DNA of 42,683 nt from a virus (lineage: Duplodnaviria; Caudoviricetes), in IMG/VR virus record IMGVR_UViG_3300033076_000239, positions 1 through 42,683 of that record. One strand, written 5' to 3'. The translations under genes were made by a program, and so were the position numbers. The notes below the pieces were generated by a model that worked only from the letters and a program-made list of their open reading frames with translations, searched no databases and was not told where the DNA came from. The number at the start of each line of letters is the position of its first letter. Position 1 is the stretch's first letter. Below are positions 35,888 to 42,683 of the stretch, one piece after another.

Positions 35888-37011
35888 TATAATTCTATAA
35901 ATTTACCAATTAATACAATCTCATCTCCACTATTAACTGTGAATCCAGGTGTATATGGTGAATTAAAATCTATTGTTAATGCACCTGTACCTGTTACATA
36001 AGTAGGTGCTCTAAAATGTGTTAAATCATAATATCTAACACCATTTATATACAATTTTATATCATATACATCACTACCAATACGCATACCATTAGTTACA
36101 ACCGATGATAATGTAGGTGGTGTTTTTATTGGTTTAATCCCAATAAATGTTATGGTATTATTTGCAACTGGATTTTGTGACCTAGTATTATTTAAAGAAA
36201 GAAAATCTATTAAATCTTTATTATCATAATACGGAGATGGAGTTGTAAGCATTCCTTCTAATCTACCATTTGCAGTTACATCTGTTTCGGTTGCAACAAC
36301 AATTCTTTTTGAAGAAAATGATTTTTTTGTTGTATTTTGACCATCAAATTTCTCCGGAAGTAAATATGCTTTTACAGTTAAACTAAATTCAATTCTATTA
36401 ATTCGTTCTGTTCCTTCACCAACCTCATTAACAACATTAAAATCTCCTAATGTTGTTCTAAATTTAAATTTATCTTTATCTCCCCAATAAGTTCCAGTAT
36501 ATTGCAATTGTTCTATTACTGCATTTAAATGTTCTGTATATGATGTCCAAACCATACAATCATAATTTAGTTCAACATATTCTGGCATTTGTATTTTATA
36601 TACTTCGTATTTTGGTTGTGTTGATTTCCCTAACAAAGTAAATCTATCGTATCTATTATCTTTTGAATATTTTGTAATACCGGAATATGAAACATGTCTG
36701 TTTAACATTGGCATCTGTTCATCTTTTGCAATTGATGTTCTACGAATCATCATTAAAGGTAATTGAATTTTACCTTTATCATCTCTATAAACACCTTGTC
36801 TTCTTGCACCGTTCCATCTTTCAGAATTACCATAAATTACAGGTATTTTTAATGCAACCCCATTATTATCTAATGTAGGTAATGCAGTCTCTTCTAAATA
36901 AGACATCATTGCATAATCTATATCAAAAAGAGATATACTTTGTTTTATATCTTCTTTTGTAGATTTTGATTGCAGAATCCTATCGGATTTTCTTAATGGG
37001 TTAGTAGACAT
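35887..37011 (-). CDS. tail completion / sheath terminator protein (T4 gp15-like) with C-terminal beta domain
   Basis: KIPVIYGNSERW...LPLMMIRRTSI...PEYVELNY...FSLTVKAYL, following the neck genes. Confidence 0.7.
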   Translation of the reverse strand: MSTNPLRKSDRILQSKSTKEDIKQSISLFDIDYAMMSYLEETALPTLDNNGVALKIPVIYGNSERWNGARRQGVYRDDKGKIQLPLMMIRRTSIAKDEQMPMLNRHVSYSGITKYSKDNRYDRFTLLGKSTQPKYEVYKIQMPEYVELNYDCMVWTSYTEHLNAVIEQLQYTGTYWGDKDKFKFRTTLGDFNVVNEVGEGTERINRIEFSLTVKAYLLPEKFDGQNTTKKSFSSKRIVVATETDVTANGRLEGMLTTPSPYYDNKDLIDFLSLNNTRSQNPVANNTITFIGIKPIKTPPTLSSVVTNGMRIGSDVYDIKLYINGVRYYDLTHFRAPTYVTGTGALTIDFNSPYTPGFTVNSGDEIVLIGKFIEL

Positions 37012-37012
37012 A

Positions 37013-37468
37013 TTAATCTATTCTTTGTTCTATGTTTAGATTCGATTTACTTACTTGGAATGCTGATATTACAATACTCCAATTATTATCAGGAGAGCCT
37101 GCTACAAATTGAATTTCATTTGTATTATCAATTTCATAATATGAATCATCATAATATATAACATCACCAATTTCAGGGTATGCATTTCTTTCTTCACACA
37201 ATGCTCTATCAACTTTAAATGTCATAGTTTGTGTTAAATCAGGACCAAATCCTTCATATAAAACTCCTTCGGGGTCTTTATCTGCTAAACCATAAAGTTC
37301 AACACCAGGATGCCAAGTTTTATTTAACGATTCTCCGTAAATATTTACTTTTGTAGCATTTAAATCGACTTTAAATAATACAAAAGTATTTTCTATCACA
37401 GTATCTACCAATTCTCTGGCAATACTATGAAAAAAATCTAAATCTCTACCTAATGAAAACTTTGGCAT
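37013..37468 (-). CDS. neck / head-closure protein (T4 gp14-like)
   Basis: NIYGES...PEIGDVIYYDDSYYEI, plus position. Confidence 0.75.
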   Translation of the reverse strand: MPKFSLGRDLDFFHSIARELVDTVIENTFVLFKVDLNATKVNIYGESLNKTWHPGVELYGLADKDPEGVLYEGFGPDLTQTMTFKVDRALCEERNAYPEIGDVIYYDDSYYEIDNTNEIQFVAGSPDNNWSIVISAFQVSKSNLNIEQRID

Positions 37469-37469
37469 A

Positions 37470-38666
37470 TTATCCTACATAAATTTTTAAAGGAACTTTT
37501 CTTAACATTTCTTGGTGATGAGTAGATTCATGTGCTTTATTTTCCATCACATTTTTTCTACTCATTTCATCTAAGTTTTCTCTTAATTGAGTAATTAGAT
37601 AATCCTTTTCAACCTGTGCCTCTGCTCTCAATGCTGCCCCATCCAGAGAGATTTCTGCATCAGGTATAGGAATAGATGAATACTTTTCTCTTATTGCCCC
37701 TAGCAACTCCTTAGAGAGTGCCAGAGTGTACTTACGAATCCATTGCTTACCAACATCATTTATATTTGAATATTGAATAAAATCATATGGAATATCTGAA
37801 TAATCTGAAAGAGATTCTGGTTGAATATTTTGTGAATCATGCTCAAACTCATCTCTACTCATATATTCAAAGTAGATTCTATTTGGTCCGTTTGCAGCAG
37901 GAACAGGAAATATTTCTAATTTATTATCTACTATATTAAATGTATGTGCTGATTTACGAATATGGTCATTAAATTCAATATGTTGCATTCTTAATACATC
38001 TTCATAAAGAGGCATCATTAAGAATTGTGCCGCAGGAGAGTAATTACCAAATCCTAACTCACTCATTAAGTTTAGAGTTCCTTGTGCTCCAACTGAATAT
38101 GGGTCAAAGAAACGAGTAATTGCAGGAATTGCTTCGTGATAAACTCTTGTTACATCTACGGTTGATGAACCACTAAATATAGCAGAAAAAGAACGACCCG
38201 ATTCAGCATCAACTGCTCTCGTCATCAAATCGTATATTTGAACAGATGCAGTTAAATTTATATATGCTTTTTTAATTGAAGTTGAACCTCCTACACCTGC
38301 TTGCGTTCCGTATTGTTGTGCCATACGGATTGCAGTAGGTAAATATGAACCATCGACAAGAGTTTGTGAATAATTATCAATTTTACCTTTTGGTTGCCCT
38401 CTTAAAATATCCAAGTTGTTACGAAGATTGAATTGATTTACTTGTGCAGAATATTCCGATGTTGCTTCTTCAAAACACGCAAATATTTGCTCATTATCCA
38501 ATTCAATATTAACAATTGGCCAACCCAATCGTTTTGCTACCCAAGTTGCAGTTCTCGGTGCATCACTTCTAAATTCATTATCTGAATCATAAATTCCAAA
38601 AGGAGTAGATGAACCCGATATAAATGAACTAGATGTTGAACCCGACCAGTATGTATTTACAGACAT
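37470..38666 (-). CDS. neck / head-tail adaptor protein (T4 gp13-like)
   Basis: KRLGWPIVNIELDNEQ and WIRKYTLALSKELLGAIREKY...LDG. Confidence 0.85.
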   Translation of the reverse strand: MSVNTYWSGSTSSSFISGSSTPFGIYDSDNEFRSDAPRTATWVAKRLGWPIVNIELDNEQIFACFEEATSEYSAQVNQFNLRNNLDILRGQPKGKIDNYSQTLVDGSYLPTAIRMAQQYGTQAGVGGSTSIKKAYINLTASVQIYDLMTRAVDAESGRSFSAIFSGSSTVDVTRVYHEAIPAITRFFDPYSVGAQGTLNLMSELGFGNYSPAAQFLMMPLYEDVLRMQHIEFNDHIRKSAHTFNIVDNKLEIFPVPAANGPNRIYFEYMSRDEFEHDSQNIQPESLSDYSDIPYDFIQYSNINDVGKQWIRKYTLALSKELLGAIREKYSSIPIPDAEISLDGAALRAEAQVEKDYLITQLRENLDEMSRKNVMENKAHESTHHQEMLRKVPLKIYVG

Positions 38667-38690
38667 AATGAAAATTTATAGTTTTACACC

Positions 38691-38699
38691 TATAAATAT
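38691..38699 (-). promoter_or_regulatory. putative late promoter motif ATATTTATA
   Basis: Between the capsid terminator and the neck gene. Confidence 0.6.
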
Positions 38700-38728
38700 A
38701 AGAAATAAAAAAGAACTGATATTCCTAT

Positions 38729-38762
38729 AAAACAAAAAGGGAGAACATTTCTGCTCTCCCTT
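38729..38762 (-). terminator. intrinsic terminator after the major capsid gene
   Basis: AAGGGAGAGCA-GAAA-TGTTCTCCCTT followed by TTTGTTTT. Confidence 0.88.
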
Positions 38763-38786
38763 AATGATTACTCTAATTGATTAAGA

Positions 38787-40412
38787 TTAAAGAGTGTTTA
38801 ATCCATCAACTAAGATTTTACCGTAGAATTCTGGTCTAACGATTTTCTTAGCGTAACGAGTCATAACACCACGTCTTGGAGTGAAGTTAGTTGGGTCGTA
38901 CACTAATGGAGTCATAATCAACGGTACATATGGAGCGTAAACCGCACCTGTCTCGAAGAAGTTAGAACCTTTGAAACCTAATAAGATAACGTTTTCAGTC
39001 ATGTATGGGTTTTTGTAAACATCGTATCTGTTAGAGATTTGTCCGATGTTAGTTACACCTGCTGCGAAAGTTAAAGCATCTTTACCAGGGTTTGCAGAGA
39101 ATCCGTTCATAGATTCTAAGATTGTAGCTACGTTAGGAGAAACAACGATGAAGTTTGCTCCACCTCTCATAGTTAATTGGTGAATCTTGTTAGATACCTT
39201 TTGTAATTTAATACCTAAAGTTTGATACCAAGTTGATTTAGTGTAAGCAGAAGCTGCTGCTGCATTAGAATCAATTGCGAAGTTTCCTGATGCTGAATTG
39301 TAATCATATCCAACTCTTGCAGACCAGTAATCAGTTGTGAATGCGTTTTGTTGCAACATCTCTAAAATTTCTAAGTCAATCTCTAATGAGATGTACTCAG
39401 ATAACATTTGAGTTAATTCTGCTTCCGCATCTACTGAGTGGTATGCATTTAAGTCTTGCGCTAATTCAGGAGTCCAAATAGCTTTTAACTTACGAGTCTT
39501 AGCCACGATAGGCTCAGATTTCAATTCTAATTCGATTTCTGGGATTGGTAAATCAGAACCTCTATCTTCAAAATCACCTCTGTTTTCAGCAGATGGTTGC
39601 TTGTGATAAACTAAAGTTTGAGTTACTAAATCAGTTGCAACTAAAGTAGCTGAAGAAGAAACGTAGAATGATGCAGAACCTAATGTATCAATTGTAGTTA
39701 ATTCTGGGAAGTGAGTTACAGAAGTAGAACCAGATACTTTGAATGCTCTTACTGCGTTGAAATCAGCAGTTGATGGTAAACCAACTTTAACTTTTCTCCA
39801 ACCGTTTGGAGTTGCTGCGAAAGATGCAGATAATGTTTCGTTTCCGATGAAATCAGAAGCAGAACCAGAAGTTACTACCGCAGTAACTGCTGCAGTTGTA
39901 TCGTTGATTGTGTATCCGAAACGACCTGCTCCGTAAAGACCACCTTCAGCTGCTTGAGTAGAACCTAATTTGTTTCCTGCTGCATCACCTGAATCTAAGT
40001 TATCTTTACCAAAAGTACCACTATTACCGAATAAAGAAGAACCAGAAGCTGGTCTGTTTGCATCGTTAGCAGTACCATATTTGAAGTCCATATAGAAAAT
40101 AAGACCTGATGGTAAGTTCATTGGTTGAACCGAAACGAATTCTTTCGCTGCGATAGAACCGAAGATACGACGTACTAATGGAAGAGCAACACCTGCCCAC
40201 TCCTCAGAACCTGCTGAAGTACCTGTACGAGTTGCCTCATCCAATAATTGCTTAGCTTGGTTTTCTAACATTACTGCCATACCATGCTTAGTTGTTTCAG
40301 AACCTACTCCTTCAAGTAATCCTGTTTTTTCCCACTTGCTTTTCAAACCACGAGTTTGCTCAAGCATAATGCTTTGTGGGTTAGCACCTGTCATTAATTT
40401 TTTTAAGTTCAT
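38787..40412 (-). CDS. gp23: major capsid protein (T4 gp23-like)
   Basis: LENQ, LVRR, VQPM..PSGLIF, AKTRKLKA.WTPELAQDL.A.H..DAEAEL, YAPYVPL and F.P..G.MTRY. Confidence 0.97.
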   Translation of the reverse strand: MNLKKLMTGANPQSIMLEQTRGLKSKWEKTGLLEGVGSETTKHGMAVMLENQAKQLLDEATRTGTSAGSEEWAGVALPLVRRIFGSIAAKEFVSVQPMNLPSGLIFYMDFKYGTANDANRPASGSSLFGNSGTFGKDNLDSGDAAGNKLGSTQAAEGGLYGAGRFGYTINDTTAAVTAVVTSGSASDFIGNETLSASFAATPNGWRKVKVGLPSTADFNAVRAFKVSGSTSVTHFPELTTIDTLGSASFYVSSSATLVATDLVTQTLVYHKQPSAENRGDFEDRGSDLPIPEIELELKSEPIVAKTRKLKAIWTPELAQDLNAYHSVDAEAELTQMLSEYISLEIDLEILEMLQQNAFTTDYWSARVGYDYNSASGNFAIDSNAAAASAYTKSTWYQTLGIKLQKVSNKIHQLTMRGGANFIVVSPNVATILESMNGFSANPGKDALTFAAGVTNIGQISNRYDVYKNPYMTENVILLGFKGSNFFETGAVYAPYVPLIMTPLVYDPTNFTPRRGVMTRYAKKIVRPEFYGKILVDGLNTL

Positions 40413-40434
40413 TTTAAATTAAATTGTTTTTTCG

Positions 40435-41757
40435 TTATTTAATAATACCTGCTAATTTTTTGAATCTATTAGCTACTGTAACAGATTCAGAAATTACTTG
40501 CTTTTGTACCGATGGTTTTGTAGATTTAACTACTTTACTTGCGATTCCTTCTGCAATTGATTTCTTAGCAATTTTGTTTGATGAAGTGTATTTGAAGTTC
40601 TCTGCCAATGTAGAGTAAACCAACTTAACTTCTCTTACTGATTTAGTTCTATCTAAAGTTTCAATTACCTTAACTTTTTGTTCGTTAGTCATGTTGTGAG
40701 CTCTGAACAATTTGTTAGCGAATAATAATTTTGCGTTTAACAAATTAACTTCATTGATAGTTGATTGTAAAGATTTGATAGTTTTGTAAGCTTCTTGTAA
40801 ATCTGCTTTCAATTCTTCTTTATCTTCTTCTTCACCCTCTTCAACTGGTTCACCTTTCAAATCATCTTCCATTTCACGAAGAATTTCTTCTAAGTCGATT
40901 ACTTTCTCACCATCTGGGTCAGTTCCTGCCTCAGCTCCGTCAGTATAATCTTCTTTCAATCTTCTACGAGATTCACGTAATTTTTTAGATTCAGTTTTTG
41001 GTTCTTCATCTGCTGATGCTTCATCATCACCTTCTAATTCAGCTAATTGTCTTTTTAATTCTGCAATTTTTTCTGAATTAGGGTCTTCTGCCGGAGCTTC
41101 TTCACCTGCTTCTTCATCACCTTCTTCTTCACCTAATTGTGCTTCTAATTCTCTGATGATGGCTTCTAATCCCATTTCATCTTCTGAATCTTCTTCACCA
41201 CCTTGTGCAAATGGGTCTTCTTCTTCATCTTCTTGTCCGTAAGATTGGTCATCTCCTTGTGCCGCTGCAAAAGGGTCTTCTTCTTCATCTTCCATTCCAA
41301 AAGGATTTTCGTCTTCACCACCTTCTAACTCTGCTAATCTAGCTTTCAATTCAGCGATTTCTTGGTCTTTTTCGTCATCTCCGTATCCCATGTCATCTTC
41401 TTCATTGATGTCTGCTACTTTAGTGTAGTCAGTTCCTGCTTGCTCTGGTTTTCCACTATCCTTAGCTACACCTACTGATAAATCAGTATCTGCATCCAAA
41501 GTTGGTTGAGAACCAGGTGTTTCTGCTGCATCAACTCCTACTTTAGAGCCAATACCAGTAGAATCCAATTCTTCATTTGTTGCTTCTTGGTCAGTATCTT
41601 CTTCACCTTCTGCTTCTGCTCTTAACTTTTGAGATAAGATAGATTGTAAACGTGGAGTAAATGCTTCTTCAAGTGCTAACTTTGCGTTTGCTAATGCAGT
41701 TTCCTTTACGGCTTTAGCATCGGCGATTGCTTCTTTTAACAATTTTGAGTTTGCCAT
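40435..41757 (-). CDS. prohead scaffolding / core protein
   Basis: Directly upstream of the capsid gene. Very acidic, coiled-coil, with many L/I-x-E sites and C-terminal RFKKLAGI. Confidence 0.85.
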   Translation of the reverse strand: MANSKLLKEAIADAKAVKETALANAKLALEEAFTPRLQSILSQKLRAEAEGEEDTDQEATNEELDSTGIGSKVGVDAAETPGSQPTLDADTDLSVGVAKDSGKPEQAGTDYTKVADINEEDDMGYGDDEKDQEIAELKARLAELEGGEDENPFGMEDEEEDPFAAAQGDDQSYGQEDEEEDPFAQGGEEDSEDEMGLEAIIRELEAQLGEEEGDEEAGEEAPAEDPNSEKIAELKRQLAELEGDDEASADEEPKTESKKLRESRRRLKEDYTDGAEAGTDPDGEKVIDLEEILREMEDDLKGEPVEEGEEEDKEELKADLQEAYKTIKSLQSTINEVNLLNAKLLFANKLFRAHNMTNEQKVKVIETLDRTKSVREVKLVYSTLAENFKYTSSNKIAKKSIAEGIASKVVKSTKPSVQKQVISESVTVANRFKKLAGIIK

Positions 41758-41925
41758 TTATGTTTTTTTGATTTACTTGTGAAGTTATTGAATTAAACTC
41801 CAATGATATTCAGCTGATTGTTCGGTCACACCTTATAAGAGAAGGGTATTCATTAATCAACGATAAAAAATTAATCCCATATAAATGGGATATTTGATAA
41901 TAAGTATATAACTTTTTAGAAAACT

Positions 41926-41956
41926 AAAGAAAAAATCCCAAATTTCTTTGGGATTC
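41926..41956 (-). terminator. intrinsic terminator after the Dps-like gene
   Basis: GAATCCCAAA-GAAA-TTTGGGATTT followed by TTTCTTT. Confidence 0.8.
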
Positions 41957-41984
41957 TCAATATTTTTTTGTATCTTTATAGATT

Positions 41985-42356
41985 TTATTGGTGATTTACC
42001 AATTTATATTTAGTAGAATATAGTAAAGATACTATACCATCTATATCATTTTGAATCCAAGAATCTTGTAATTTTGGATTTTGTCTTAATTTTGCAACTA
42101 AATTACACAAAGTTTCAAAATAATTAATTATATTTTTAATATCACAATTTTTATCTAATGTTCCAATTCCTGAAATTTGAATTAATCCTTCTTTTCCTTG
42201 GTATGCTTCAACTAATCCATCAACCAAATCACCAATTGAATCATAATATTCTCCTAATGCCAAATGTGCAGAATGCGCTCCAATTCCTTTAACACCCCAA
42301 TGGAATGAATGTGCTTGCGTTCTACTTTGTAATAATAATGATGCTAATTCTTCCAT
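41985..42356 (-). CDS. Dps/ferritin-like four-helix protein (DUF5856-like)
   Basis: AHSFHW...HLALGEYY...LVDGLVEAYQG resembles the Dps ferroxidase-centre pattern. Confidence 0.75.
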   Translation of the reverse strand: MEELASLLLQSRTQAHSFHWGVKGIGAHSAHLALGEYYDSIGDLVDGLVEAYQGKEGLIQISGIGTLDKNCDIKNIINYFETLCNLVAKLRQNPKLQDSWIQNDIDGIVSLLYSTKYKLVNHQ

Positions 42357-42683
42357 TTATTTAATTTTTTTACAAGTTTTACATTCTTGTAATCCCAATC
42401 TACTTTTCATTACATCCTCCGATACATCTGCTATTTCAAAGTATCTTCCCAAAACGTGCCCCATATCTTCATATAGAGATTCTAATCTTTGTTCTTGTGC
42501 TTTTGCTTCAATTGCTTCTTTTTCAAATGCCGCTTGTAATTTTTTTAACTCACCCATGTTACGTTTGATTGTAACTCTATCGAACCAATCACCACCCTCT
42601 CTTAAAGTGTATTCTTGTGCCGCATCTGCAATACCACCCAAAGTTTCAGCAACTTGTCTAATATCAGATTTTCTAGCCATTCC
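42357..42683 (-). CDS. hypothetical head-region protein, probably truncated at its 5' end by the window edge
   Basis: The frame is open to the window end (GGA precedes the track ATG). DWFDRVTIKRNM...LYEDMGHVLGRYFEI. Confidence 0.7.
   Translation of the reverse strand, partial: GMARKSDIRQVAETLGGIADAAQEYTLREGGDWFDRVTIKRNMGELKKLQAAFEKEAIEAKAQEQRLESLYEDMGHVLGRYFEIADVSEDVMKSRLGLQECKTCKKIK

Noticed and set aside
4929-38699. TATAAATA on the plus strand as classical T4 late promoters
   Set aside because: In that orientation they point away from the adjacent start codons and antisense into upstream genes. Their spacing fits the minus-strand reading.
1938-40618. Plus-strand ORFs in the track (e.g. 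2712-3074, 22155-22568, 22758-23219, 34516-34992)
   Set aside because: They are antisense shadows of convincing minus-strand genes, with mirrored composition and no recognisable motifs.
1-42683. Stop-codon reassignment
   Set aside because: Long genes are intact under the standard bacterial code, and TAA, TGA (1898, 7099, 14716) and TAG (25290) all end genes at sensible positions.
1-42683. tRNA, rRNA, integrase or transposase genes
   Set aside because: None recognised. Intergenic gaps are short and mostly explained by promoters and terminators.

Overview
A 42.7-kb, AT-rich segment of a large contractile-tailed dsDNA phage with a T4 gp23-type capsid. All credible genes are on the minus strand. 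In transcription order (right to left) it carries a partial hypothetical gene, a Dps/ferritin-like protein, the prohead scaffold, the major capsid protein, neck and tail-completion proteins, and several Ser/Thr/Gly-rich fibre proteins (one ending in C1q, one in an S74 chaperone, plus a LamG protein). Next come a GT-B glycosyltransferase, a Hint-LamG protein, tail sheath, tail tube, a gp26/gp51-like chaperone pair with a probable frameshift, tape measure and baseplate genes. The left end holds a PhyH-type dioxygenase, a short divergent family-A DNA polymerase, hypotheticals, DUF1599 and the 5' part of a gp32-like SSB. TTTG-N20-TATATTTG promoters and the lack of obvious Shine-Dalgarno sites point to a Bacteroidota host. 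The best leads are: (1) a glycosyltransferase coupled to a tail-fibre gene, with a pervasive [S/T]-[G/A/S]-S motif in outer virion proteins, suggesting virion O-glycosylation; (2) a non-splicing Hint domain in a probable virion protein; (3) a +1/-2 frameshift site; (4) a PolA lacking the steric-gate Glu; (5) a late promoter reading TATTTATA on the sense strand; (6) apparent absence of GATC. All calls are by-eye motif recognition; no searches were run.
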